A DNA stretch of 64,000 bases from Squalus acanthias. Taxonomy: Eukaryota. The translations under genes were made by a program, and so were the position numbers. Each line of letters starts with the position of its first letter. Position 1 is the stretch's first letter. A model generated the notes under the pieces. It saw only the letters and a list, made by a program, of their open reading frames with translations, was not told the origin of the DNA and made no database searches. The stretch lies in contig CM059431.1 of the NCBI GenBank assembly GCA_030390025.1, forward strand, positions 145,330,001-145,394,000. The letters are read 5' to 3'. Of this stretch, positions 20,653 to 34,000 are shown one piece after another.

Positions 20653-22070
20653 GACTAGCACAGCTGGACTGGGATCACCCGGGCCAAGCACAGCTGGACA
20701 GAGATACCCAGAGACAAGCTCAGCTGGACAGAGATACCCAGGGACTAGCACAGCTGGACAGGGATACCCAGGGACTTGCACAGCTGGACATAGATACCCA
20801 GGGACTAGCACAGCTGGACAGTGATACCCAGGGACTAGCACAGATGGACAGAGATACCCAGGGACTAGCACAGCTGGACAGGGATAAACAGGGACTAAAC
20901 AGCTGGACAGAGATACATAGGGACTAAACAGCTGGACAGAGATTCCCAGGAACTGGCACAGCTGGACAGGGATACCCAGAGACTAAACAGCTGGACAGAG
21001 ATACCAAGGGACTAACACAGCTGGACAAGGATACGCAGGGCCGGACACAGCTGGACAGGGATACACAGGGACTGGCACAGCTAGACAGGGATACCCTGGG
21101 ACTACCGCAGCTGGACAGAGATACCCAGGGACTAGCACAAATGGACACGGATACCCTGGGACTAGCACAGCTGGACAGGAATAACCAGGGACTAGCAAAG
21201 CTGCAGAGGGATACCCAGGGACTAGCACAGCTGGACAGAAATACCCAGGGAATAGCAAAGCTGCACAGGGATACCCAGGGACTAGCACAGCTGGACAGGG
21301 ATACCCAGGGACAAGAACAGCTGGACAGAGATACCCAGGGACTAGCACAGCTGGACAGAGATACCCGGGGACTAGCACAGCTGGACAGAGATACACAGGG
21401 AATAGCTCAGCTGGACAGAGATACCCGGAGACTAGCACAACTGGGCAGGGATACCCAGGGAATAGCACAGCTGGACAGAGATACCCAGGGACTAACACAG
21501 CTGGACAAGGATACGCCAGGACTGACACAGCTGGACAGGGATACACAGGGACTGGCACAGCTGGACAGGGATACCCTGGGACTACCACAGCAGGACAGAG
21601 ATATCAAGGAACTAGCACAGATGGATAGGGATACCCTGTGACTAGCACAGCTGGACAGATATACCTAGGGACTAACACAGCTGGGCAGTGATACCCAGGT
21701 ACTAGAACAGCTGGACAGAGATATCCAGGGACATGCACAGCTGGACAGGGATACCCAGGGACTAGAACAGCTGGACAGAGATACCCTGGGAATAGCGCAG
21801 CTGGACAGAGATACCCAGGTACTAGCACAGCTGAACAGAAACTCCCAGGGACTAGCACAGCTGGACAGGGATACACAGGGACTAGTTCAGCTGAACAGAG
21901 ATACCCAGGGACTAAACAGCTGGACAAGTATACGCAGGGACTGACACAGCTGGACAGGGATACGCAGGGACTACCACAGCTGGACAGAGATACCCAGGGA
22001 CTCGCTCAGCTGGACAGAGATACCCGGGGACTAGCACAGCAGGACAGGGATACCCAGGGAATAGCACAGC
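20653..22070. repeat. 30-bp minisatellite, ~47 units
   Basis: Consensus GACTAGCACAGCTGGACAGRGATACCCAGG. Confidence 0.97.
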
Positions 22071-25000
22071 TGAGCGAGTGGTGTGAGGCCCGTGTCCAGG
22101 ATGAGCGAGTGGTGTGATGCGTATGTCCAGGATGAGCGAATGGTGTGAGGTGTGTGTCCAGGATGAACGAGTGTTGTGAGGAGTGTGTCCAGGATGAAGG
22201 AGTGTTGTGAGGCGCGTGTCCAGGCTGAACGAGTGGTGTGAGGCCCGTGCCCAGGATGATGGAATGGTGTGCGGCCCGTATCCATCCAGGATGAGCAAGT
22301 GGTGTGAGGCGCATGTCCAGGATGTGCGAGAGGTGTGAGGCTCGTGTCCAGGATGACCGAGTGGTGTGAGGCGCATATCCAGGATGAGCGAGTGGTGTGA
22401 GGCTCGTGTCCAGGATGAGCGAGTGGTGTGAGGTGCGTATCGAGGATGAGCGAGTGGTGGGAGGCATGTGTCCAGGATGAACAAGTGCTTTGAGGCGCGT
22501 GTCAAGGATGAGCGAGTGGTGTGAGGCCCGTGTAAAGGATGAACGAGTGGTGTGAGGCCCGTGTCCAGGCTGAGCGTGTGGTGTGAGGCCCGTGTACAGG
22601 ATGAGCGAGTGGTGTGAGGCGTGTGTCCAGGATGAGCGAGTGGTGCGAGGTGCGTGTCCAGGATGAACGAGTGGTGTGAGGCTCGTGTCCAGGATCAGCG
22701 AGTGGTGTGAGGCTCGTGTCCAGAATGAGCGAGTGGTGTGAGACTCGTGTCCAGGATGAACGAGTGGTGTGAGGCCCGTGTCCAGGATGAACGAGTGGTT
22801 TGAGGTGTGTGTCCAGGATGAACGAGTGGTGTGCGGTGTGTGTCCAGGATGAGCGAGTGGTGTGCGGTGTGTGTCCAGGATGAGCGGGTGGTGTGAGGCC
22901 CGTGTCCAGGATGAGCGAGTGGTGTGAGGTGTGTGTCCAGGATGAACGAGTGGTGTGAGGTGCGTGTCCAGGATGAGCGAGTGGTGTGAGGCGCGTGTCC
23001 AGGATGAGCGAGTCGTGTGAGGCGCGTGTCCAGGATGAACGAATGGTTTGAGGCGTGTGTCCAGGATGAACGAGTGGTGTGAGGTGTGTGTCCAGTAGGA
23101 AAAAGTGTTGTGAGTCGCGTGAGCAGGATGAACGAGTGGTTTGAGGCGTGTGTCCAGGATGAACGACTGGTGTGAGTCACCTGTCCAGGATGAACGAGTG
23201 ATGTGTGGCCCGTGACCAGGATGAACGAGTGGTGTGAGGCTCGTGCCCAGGATGAACGAGTAGTGTGAGGTGTGTGTCCAGGATGAGCGAGTGGTGTGTG
23301 GCCCGTGTCCAGAATGAACGAGTGGTGTGAGGCGCCTGTCCAGGATGAACGAATGGTGTGAGATGTGTGTCCAGGATGAAGAAGTGGTGTGAGGCGCGTG
23401 TCCAGGATGAACGAGTGGTGTGAGGCTCGTGTCCAGGATGAGCGAGTGGTGTGAGGCGCGTGTCCAGGATGAACGAGTGGTGTGAGTTATGTGTCCAGGA
23501 TGAGCGAGTGGTTTGAGGTGTGTGTCCAGCATGAATGATTGGTGTGAGGTGCGTGTCCAGGATGAACGAGTGTTGTGAGGTTCGTCTCCAGGATGAGCGA
23601 GTGGGGTGAGGCGCGTGTCCAGGATGAGCGAGTGGTCTGAGGCGCGTGTCCAGGATGAGCGAGTGGTCTGAGGCGCGTGTCCAGGATGAACGAGTGGTTT
23701 GAGGCGTGTGTCCACGATGAACGAGTGTTGTGAGGCGCATGTCCAGGATGAGCGAGTGGTCTGAGGCGCGTGTCCAGGATGAACGAGTGGTTTGAGGCGC
23801 GTGTCCAGGATGAACGAGTGTTGTGAGGCGCGTGTCCAGGATGAGCGAATGGTGTGAGATGTGTGTCCAGGATGAAGAAGTGGTGTGAGGTGTGTGTCCA
23901 GGATGAGCGACTGGTGTGAGGCGCCTGTCCAGGATGAACGAGTGGTGTGAGGCGTGTGTACAGGATGAACGAGTGGTGTGAGTTGTGTGTCCAGGATGAA
24001 CGAGTGTTGTGAGTTGAGTGTCCAGGATGAACGAGTGTTGTGAGGCGAGTGTCCAGGATGAACGAGTGGTGTGAGGCGCGTGTCCAGGATGAACGAGTGT
24101 TGTGAGGCGCGTGTCCAGGATGAACGAGTGGTGTGAGTTGTGTGTCCAGGATGAACGAGTGTTGTGAGGCGCGTGTCCAGGATGAACGAGTGGTGTGAGG
24201 CGCGTGTCCAGGATGAAAGAGTGGTATGAGGCTCGTGTCCAGGATGAGCGAGTGGTGTGAGGCGCGTGTCCAGGATGAGCGGGTGGTGTGAGGCGCGTGT
24301 CCAGGATGAACGAGTGGTGTGAGGTGTGTGTCCAGGATGAACGAGTGGTGTGAGGTGTATGTCCAGGATGAGCGAGTGGTGTGAAGCGTGTGTCCAGGAT
24401 GAATGAGTGGTGTGAGGTGTGTGTCCAGGAGGAACGAGTGGAGTGAGTCGCGTGTCCAGGATGAACGAGTGGTGTGAGGCACCTGTCCAGGATGAACGAA
24501 TGGTGTGTGGCCCGTGTCCAGGATGAGCGAATGGTGTGTGATGTGTGTCCAGGATGAAGAAGTGGTGTGAGGTGTGTGTCAATGATGAGCGACTGGTGTG
24601 AGGCGCCTGTCCAGGATGAACGAGTGGTGTGAGGCGTGTGTACAGGATGAACGAGTGGTGTGAGTTGTGTGTCCAGGATGAACGAGTGTTGTGAGGCGCG
24701 TGTCCAGGATGAGCGATTGGTGTGAGGCGCGTGTCCAGGATGAACGAGTGGTGTGAGGCGCGTGTCCAGGATGAACGAGTGTTGTGAGGCGCGTGTCCAG
24801 GATGAGCGAGTGGTGTAAGGCGCGTGGCCAGGATGAACGAGTGATGTGAGGTATGTGTCCAGGATGAACGAGTGGTGTGAGGCGCGTGTCCAGGATGAAG
24901 GAGTGGTCTGAGGCTCGTGTCCAGGATGAGCGAGTGGTGTGAAACGCGTGTCCAGGATGAGCGAGTGGTGTGAGGCGCGTGTCCAGTATGAACGAGTGGT

Positions 25001-28000
25001 GTGAGGTGTGTGTCCAGGATGAACGAGTGGTGTGAGGTGTGTGTCTAGGATGAGCGAGTGGTGTGAAGTGTTTGTCCAGGATGAATGAGTGGTGTGAGGT
25101 GTGTGTCCAGGAGGAACGAGTGGTGTGAGGCACCTGTCCAGGATGAACGAGTGGTTTGAGGCGTGTGTCCAGGATGAACGAGTGGTGTGAGGCACCTGTC
25201 CAGGATGAACGAGTGGTGTGTGGCCCGTGTCCAGGATGAACGAGTGGTGTGAGGCTCGTGTCCAGGATGAACGAGTGGTGTGAGGACCGTGTTCAGGATG
25301 AGCGAGTGGTGTGTGGCCCGTGTCCAGGATGAACGAGTGGTGTGAGGCGCATGTCCAGGATGAGAGAGTGGTGTGAGGCGCATGTCCAGGATGAGAGAGT
25401 GGTGTGAGGCGTGTGTCCAGGATGAGCGAATGGTGTGAGATGTGTGTCCAGGATGAAGAAGTGGTGTGAGGTGTGTGTCCAGCATGAGCGACTGGTGTGA
25501 GGCGCTTGTCCAGGATGAACGAGTGGTGTGAGGCGTGTGTACAGGATGAACGAGTGGTGTGAGTTGTGTGTCCAGGATGAACGAGTGGTGTGAGGTGCGT
25601 GTCCAGAATGAACGAGTGGTGTGAGGCGCGTGTCCAGGATGAGCGTGTGGTGTGAGGTATGTGTCCAGGATGAACGAGTGTTGTGAGGCGTGTGTCCAGG
25701 ATGAAGGAGTGTTGTGAGGCTCGTGTCCAGGATGAGCGAGTGGTGTGAGGCGCGTGTGCAGGATGAGCGAGTGGTGCGAGGCGCGTGTCCAGGATGAACG
25801 AGTGGTGTGAGGTGTGTGTCCAGGATGAACGAGTGGTGTGAGGTGTGTGTCCAGGATGAACGAGTGTTGTGAGGAGTGTGTCCAGGATGAAGGAGTGATG
25901 TGAGGCGCGTGTCCAGGCTGAACGAGTGGTGTGAGGCCCGTGTCCAGGATGATCGAATGGTGTGCGACCCGTATCCAGGATGAGCAAGTGGTGTGAGGCG
26001 CATGTCCAGGATGAGCGAGTGGTGTGAGGCGCGTATCCAGGATGAGCGAGTGGTGGGAGGCATGTGTCCAGGAAGAACGAGTGGTGTGAGGCCCGTGTCC
26101 AGGCTGAGCGAGTGGTGTGAGGCCCGTGTCCAGGATGAGCGAGTGGTGTGAGGCGCGTGTCCAGGATGAACGACTGGTTTGAGTTGTGTGTCCAGGATGA
26201 ACGAGTGGTGTGTGGCCCGTGTCCAGGATGAACGAGTGGTGTGAGGCGCGTGACCAGGATGAACGAGTGGTGTGTGGCCCGTGTCCAGGATGAACGAGTG
26301 GTGTGAGTCGCGTGACCAGGATGAACGAGTGGTTTGAGGCGTGTGTCCAGGATGAACGAGAGGTGTGTGGCCCGTGTCCAGGATGAACGAGTGGTGTGAG
26401 GCGCGTGTTCAGGATGAACGAGTGGTGTGAGTTGTGTGTCCAGGATGAACGAATGGTGTGAGATGTGTGTCCAGGATGAATAAGTGGCGTGAGGTGTGTG
26501 TCCAGGATGGAGAAGTGGTGTGAGTTGTGTGTCCAGGATGAACGAGTGGTGTGAGGCGCGTGTCCAGAATGAACGAGTGGTGTGAGGCGCATGTTCAGGA
26601 TGAACGAGTGGTGTGAGTTGTGTGTCCAGGATGAACGAGTGGTGTGAGGCGCGTGTCCAGGATGAAGGAGTGGCGTGAGGCTCGTGTCCAGGATGAGCGA
26701 GTGGTGTGAGGCGCGTGTCCAGGGTGAGCGAGTGTTGTGAGGTTTGTGTCCAGGATGAACGAGTGGTGTGAGGCGCGTGTCCAGGATGATCGAGTGGTGT
26801 GAGGTGTGTGTCCAGGATGAACGAGTGGTGTTAGGTGTGTGTTCAGGATGAACGAGTGGTGTGAGGTGTGTGTCCAGGATGAACGAGTGTTGTGAGGAGT
26901 GTGTCCAGGATGAAGGAGTGGTGTGAGGCGCGTGTCCAGGCTGAACGAGTGGTGTGAGGTCCGTGTCCAGGATGAGCGAATGGTGTTAGGCCCGTGTCCA
27001 GGATGAGCGAGTGGTGTGAGGCGCGTGTCCAGGATGAGCAAGTGGTGTGAGGTGTGTGTCCAGGATGAGCGAGTGGTGTGAGACTCGTGTCCAGGATGAA
27101 CGAGTGGTGTGAGGCCCGTGTCCAGGATGAGCGAGTGGTGTGAGGCGCGTGTCCAGGATGAACGAGTGGTTTGAGGTGTGTGTCCAGGATGAACGAGTGG
27201 TGTGCGATGTATGTCCAGGATGAGCGAGTGGTGTGAGGTGTGTGTCCAGGATGAACGAGTGGTGTGAGGTTCGTGTCCAGGATGAGCGAGTGGTGTGAGG
27301 CGCGTCTCCAGGATGAACGAGTGGTTTGAGGCGTGTGTCCAGGATGAACGAGTGGTGTGAGGCACCTGTCCAGGATGAACTAGTGGTGTGTGGCCCGTGT
27401 CCAGCATGAACGAGTGGTGTGAGACTCGTGTTCAGGATGAACGAGTGGTGTGAGGTGTGTGTACAGGATGAGCGATTGGTGTGTGGCCCGTGTCCAGGAT
27501 GAACGAGTGGTGTGAGGCGCCTGTCCAGGATGAACGAGTGGTGTGAGATGTGTGTCCAGGATGAAGAAGTGGTGTGAGGTGTGTGTCCAGGATGACGAAG
27601 TGGTGTGAGGTGTGTGTCCAGGATGAGCGACTGGTGTGAGGCGCCTGTCCAGGATGAACGAGTGGTGTGAGGCGTGTGTCCAGGATGAACGAGTGGTGTG
27701 AGTTGTGTGTCCAGGATGAACGAGTGGTGTGAGGCGCGTGTCCAGAATGAACGAGTGTTGTGAGGCGCGTGTCCAGGATGAGCGAGTGGTGTGAGGCGCG
27801 TGTCCAGGATGAGCGAGTGGTGTGAGGCGCATGTCCAGGATGAACGAGTGGTCTGAGCTATGGGTCCAGGATGAACGAGTGGTGTGAGGCGCGTGTCCAG
27901 GATGAAGGAGTGGTGTGAGGCTCGTGTCCAGGATGAGCGAGTGGTGTGAGGCGCGTGTCCAGGATGAGCGAGTGGCGTGAGGCGCGTGTCCAGGATGAAC

Positions 28001-31000
28001 GAGTGGTGTGAGGTTTGTGTCCAGGATGAACGAGTGGTGTGAGGTGTGTGTCCAGGATGAACGAGTGGTGTGTGGCCCGTGTCCAGGATGAACGAGTGGT
28101 GTGAGGCGCCTTTCCAGGATGAACGAATGGTGTGAGATGTGTGTCCAGGATGAAGAACTGGTGTGAGGCGCGTGTCCAGGATGAACGAGTGTTGTGAGGC
28201 GCGTGTCCAGGATGAACGAGTGGTGTGAGGCTCGTGTCCAGGATGAACGAGTGGTGTGAGGCACCTGTCCAGGATGAACGAGTGGTGTGTGGCCCGTGTC
28301 CAGCATGAACGAGTGGTGTGAGACTCGTGTTCAGGATGAACGAGTGGTGTGAGGTGTGTGTACAGGATGAGCGATTGGTGTGTGGCCCGTGTCCAGGATG
28401 AACGAGTGGTGTGAGGCGCCTGTCCAGGATGAACGAGTGGTGTGAGATGTGTGTCCAGGATGAAGAAGTGGTGTGAGGTGTGTGTCCAGGATGACGAAGT
28501 GGTGTGAGGTGTGTGTCCAGGATGAGCGACTGGTGTGAGGCGCCTGTCCAGGATGAACGAGTGGTGTGAGGCGTGTGTCCAGGATGAACGAGTGGTGTGA
28601 GTTGTGTGTCCAGGATGAACGAGTGGTGTGCGATGTATGTCCAGGATGAGCGAGTGGTGTGAGGTGTGTGTCCAGGATGAACGAGTGGTGTGAGGTTCGT
28701 GTCCAGGATGAGCGAGTGGTGTGAGGCGCGTCTCCAGGATGAACGAGTGGTTTGAGGCGTGTGTCCAGGATGAACGAGTGGTGTGAGGCACCTGTCCAGG
28801 ATGAACGAGTGGTGTGTGGCCCGTGTCCAGCATGAACGAGTGGTGTGAGACTCGTGTTCAGGATGAACGAGTGGTGTGAGGTGAGTGTACAGGATGAGCG
28901 ATTGGTGTGTGGCCCGTGTCCAGGATGAACGAGTGGTGTGAGGCGCCTGTCCAGGATGAACGAGTGGTGTGAGATGTGTGTCCAGGATGAAGAAGTGGTG
29001 TGAGGTGTGTGTCCAGGATGACGAAGTGGTGTGAGGTGTGTGTCCAGGATGAGCGACTGGTGTGAGGCGCCTGTCCAGGATGAACGAGTGGTGTGAGGCG
29101 TGTGTCCAGGATGAACGAGTGGTGTGAGTTGTGTGTCCAGGATGAACGAGTGGTGTGAGGCGCGTGTCCAGAATGAACGAGTGTTGTGAGGCGCGTGTCC
29201 AGGATGAGCGAGTGGTGTGAGGCGCGTGTCCAGGATGAGCGAGTGGTGTGAGGCGCATGTCCAGGATGAACGAGTGGTCTGAGCTATGGGTCCAGGATGA
29301 ACGAGTGGTGTGAGGCGCGTGTCCAGGATGAAGGAGTGGTGTGAGGCTCGTGTCCAGGATGAGCGAGTGGTGTGAGGCGCGTGTCCAGGATGAGCGAGTG
29401 GCGTGAGGCGCGTGTCCAGGATGAACGAGTGGTGTGAGGTTTGTGTCCAGGATGAACGAGTGGTGTGAGGTGTGTGTCCAGGATGAACGAGTGGTGTGTG
29501 GCCCGTGTCCAGGATGAACGAGTGGTGTGAGGCGCCTTTCCAGGATGAACGAATGGTGTGAGATGTGTGTCCAGGATGAAGAAGTGGTGTGAGGCGCGTG
29601 TCCAGGATGAACGAGTGTTGTGAGGCGCGTGTCCAGGATGAACGAGTGGTGTGAGGCTCGTGTCCAGGATGAACGAGTGGTGTGAGGCACCTGTCCAGGA
29701 TGAACGAGTGGTGTGTGGCCCGTGTCCAGCATGAACGAGTGGTGTGAGACTCGTGTTCAGGATGAACGAGTGGTGTGAGGTGTGTGTACAGGATGAGCGA
29801 TTGGTGTGTGGCCCGTGTCCAGGATGAACGAGTGGTGTGAGGCGCCTGTCCAGGATGAACGAGTGGTGTGAGATGTGTGTCCAGGATGAAGAAGTGGTGT
29901 GAGGTGTGTGTCCAGGATGACGAACTGGTGTGAGGTGTGTGTCCAGGATGAGCGACTGGTGTGAGGCGCCTGTCCAGGATGAACGAGTGGTGTGAGGCGT
30001 GTGTCCAGGATGAACGAGTGGTGTGAGTTGTGTGTCCAGGATGAACGAGTGGTGTGAGGCGCGTGTTCAGAATGAACGAGTGTTGTGAGGCGCGTGTCCA
30101 GGATGAGCGAGTGGTGTGAGGCGCGTGTCCAGGATGAGCGAGTGGTGTGAGGCGCATGTCCAGAATGAACGAGTGGTCTGAGCTATGGGTCCAGGATAAA
30201 CGAGTGGTGTGAGGCGCGTGTCCAGGATGAAGGAGTGGTGTGAGGCTCGTGTCCAGGATGAGCGAGTGGTGTGAGGCGCGTGTCCAGGATGAGCGAGTGG
30301 CGTGAGGCGCGTGTCCAGGATGAACGAGTGGTGTGAGGTTTGTGTCCAGGATGAACGAGTGGTGTGAGGTGTGTGTCCAGGATGAACGAGTGGTGTGAGG
30401 CGCCTTTCCAGGATGAACGAATGGTGTGAGATGTGTGTCCAGGATGAAGAAGTGGTGTGAGGCGCGTGTCCAGGATGAACGAGTGTTGTGAGGCGCGTGT
30501 CCAGGATGAACGAGTGGCGTGAGGCTCGTGTCCAGGATGAACGAGTGGTGTGAGGCCCGTGTCCAGGATGAACGAGTGGTGTGAGGCCCGTGTCCAGGAT
30601 GAACGAGTGGTGTGAGGTGTGTGTCCAGGATGAACGAGAGTTTTGAGGCTCCTGTTCTGGATGAACGAGTGGTTTGAGGTATGTGTCCTGGATGAACGAG
30701 TGGTGTGAGATGCGTGTCCAGGATGAACGAGTGTTGTGAGATGCGTGTCCAGGATGAACGAGTGGTGTGAGGCCCGTGTCCAGGATGAACGAGTGTTGTG
30801 AGGCCCGTGTCCAGGATGAACGAGTGGGGTGAGACCCGTGTCCAGTATGAACGAGTGGTGTGAGGTGTGTGTCCAGGATGAACGAGTGGTGTGAGGTGCG
30901 TGTCCAGGATGAACGTGTGGTGTGTGGTGTGTGTCCAGGATGAGCGAGTGGTGTGAGGTGTGTGTCCAGGATGAACGAGTGGTGTCAGGCGTGTGTCCAG

Positions 31001-34000
31001 GATGAACGAGTGGTGTGAGGTGTGTGTCCAGGATGAACGAGTGCTGTAAGGTGCGTGTCCAGGATGAACGAGTGGTGTCAGGCATGTGTCCAGGATGAAC
31101 GAGTTGTGTGAGGTGTGTGTCCAGGATGAACGAGTGGTGTGAGGTGTGTGTCCAGGATGAACGAGTGGTGTGAGGAACGTGTCCAGGATGAACGAGTGGT
31201 GTGAGGCCCGTGTCCAGGATGAACGACTGGTGTGAGGTGTGTGTCCAGGACGAACAAGTTGTGTGAGGTTCGTCTCCAGGATGAACGAGTGGTTTGAGGT
31301 GTGTGTCCAGGATGAACGCGTGGTGTGAGGTGTGTGTCCAGGATGAGCGAGTGGTGTTAGGCGCGTGTCCAGGATGAACGAGTGGTGTGAAGCGCCTGTC
31401 CAGGATGAGCGAGTGGTGTGAGGCGAGTGTCCAGGATGAACGAGTGGTGTGAGGTGTGTGTCCAGGATGAGCGAGTGGTGTGAGGCCAGTGTCCAGGATG
31501 AACGAATGGTGTGAGGCCCGTGTCCAGGATGAGCAAGTGGTGTGTGGCGCATGTCCAGGATGAGCGAGTGGTGTGAGGCGCGTGTCCAGGATGAGCGATA
31601 GGTGTGAGACATGTGTCCAGGATGAACGAGTGGTGTGAGGTGTGTGTCCAGGTTGAACGAGTGGTTTGAGGCGCGTGTCAAGGATGAAGGAGTGGTGTGA
31701 GGCCCGTGTAAATGATGAACGAGTGGTGTGAAGCGCCTGTCCAGGATGAGCGAGTAGTGTGAGGCGCGTGTCCAGGATGAGCAAGTGGTGTGAGGTCTGT
31801 GTCCAGGATGAACGACTGGTGAGAGGCCCGTGTCCAGGATGAGCGAGTGGTGTGAGGCCCGTGTCCAGGATGAGCGAGTGGTGTGAGGCGTGTGTCCAGG
31901 ATGAGCGAGTGGTGTGAGGTGCGTGTCCAGGATGAACGAGTGGTGTGAGGCTCGTGTCCAGGATGAACGAGTGGTGTGAGGCTCGTGTCCGGGATAAGCG
32001 AGTGGTGTGAGACTCGTGTCCAGGATGAACGAGTGGCGTGAGGCCCGTGTCCAGGATGAACGAGTGGTTTGAGGTGTGTGTCCAGGATGAACGAGTGGTG
32101 TGCGGTGAGTATCCAGGATGAACGAGTGGTGTGAGGCCCGTGTCCAGGATGAACGAGTGGTGTGAGGCCCGTGTCCAGGATGAACGACTGGTGTGAGGTG
32201 TTTGTCCAGGATGAACGAGTGGTGTGAGATGCGTGTCCAGGATGAACGAGTGGTGTGAGGCGCGTGTCCAGGATGAGCGAGTGGTGTGAGCCCCGTGTCC
32301 AGGATGAACGAGTGGTGTGAGGCCCGTGTCCAGGATGAGCGAGTGGTGTGAGGCGCGTGTCCAGGATGAACGAGTGGTTTGAGGTGTGTGTCCAGGATGA
32401 ACGAGTGGTGTGCGATGTATGTCCAGGATGAGCGAGTGGTGTGAGGTGTGTGTCCAGGATGAACGAGTGGTGTGAGGTTCGTGTCCAGGATGAGCGAGTG
32501 GTGTGAGGCGCGTCTCCAGGATGAACGAGTGGTTTGAGGCGTGTGTCCAGGATGAATGAGTGGTGTGAGGCAGCTGTCCAGGATGAACGAGTGGTGTGTG
32601 GCCCGTGTCCAGCATGAACGAGTGGTGTGAGGCTCGTGTCCAGGATGAACGAGTGGTGTGAGGTGTGTGTCCAGGATGAGCGATTGGTGTGTGGCCCGTG
32701 TCCAGGATGAACGTGTGGTGTGAGGCGTGTGTCCAGGATGAGCGAGTGGTGTGAGGTGTGTGTCCAGGATGAACGAGTGGTGTCAGGCGTGTGTCCAGGA
32801 TGAACGAGTGGTGTGAGGTGTGTGTCCAGGATGAACGAGTGCTGTAAGGTGTGTGTCCAGGATGACGAAGTGGTGTGAGGTGTGTGTCCAGGCTGAGCGA
32901 CTGGTGTGAGGCGCCTGTCCAGGATGAACGAGTGGTGTGAGGCGTGTGTCCAGGATGAACGAGTGGTGTGAGTTGTGTGTCCAGGATGAACGAGTGGTGT
33001 GAGGCGCGTGTCCAGAATGAACGAGTGTTGTGAGGCGCGTGTCCAGGATGAGCGAGTGGTGTGAGGCGCGTGTCCAGGATGAGCGAGTGGTGTGAGGCGC
33101 ATGTCCAGGATGAACGAGTGGTCTGAGCTATGGGTCCAGGATGAACGAGTGGTGTGAGGCGCGTGTACAGGATGAAGGAGTGGTGTGAGGCTCGTGTCCA
33201 GGATGAGCGAGTGGTGTGAGGCGCGTGTCCAGTATGAGCGAGTGGCGTGAGGCGCGTGTCCAGGATGAACGTGTGGTGTGAGGTTTGTGTCCAGGATGAA
33301 CGAGTGGTGTGAGGTGTGTGTCCAGGATGAACGAGTGGTGTGTGGCCCGTGTCCAGGATGAACGAGTGGTGTGAGGCGCCTTTCCAGGATGAACGAATGG
33401 TGTGAGATGTGTGTCCAGGATGAAGAAGTGGTGTGAGGCGCGTGTCCAGGATGAACGAGTGTTGTGAGGCGCGTGTCCAGGATGAACGAGTGGTGTGAGG
33501 CTCGTGTCCAGGATGAACGAGTGGTGTGAGGCCCGTGTCCAGGATGAACGAGTGGTGTGAGGCCCGTGTCCAGGATGAACGAGTGGTGTGAGGTGTGTGT
33601 CCAGGATGAACGAGAGTTTTGAGGCTCCTGTTCTGGATGAACGAGTGGTTTGAGGTATGTGTCCAGGATGAACGAGTGGTGTGAGATGCGTGTCCAGGAT
33701 GAACGAGTGTTGTGAGATGCGTGTCCAGGATGAACGAGTGGTGTGAGGCCCGTGTCCAGGATGAACGAGTGGTGTGAGGCCCGTGTCCAGGATGAACGAG
33801 TGGTGTGAGGCCCGTGTCCAGGATGAACGAGTGGGGTGAGACCCGTGTCCAGTATGAACGAGTGGTGTGAGGTGTGTGTCCAGGATGAACGAGTGGTGTG
33901 AGGTGCGTGTCCAGGATGAACGTGTGGTGTGAGGTGTGTGTCCAGGATGAGCGAGTGGTGTGTGGTGTGTGTCCAGGATGAACGAGTGGTGTCAGGCGTG

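Noticed and set aside
20549..21927. Decapeptide-repeat ORFs (GLAQLDRDTQ, PGYLCPAVLV)
   Set aside because: Translations of the 30-bp minisatellite on both strands, broken by 29-bp units and stops.
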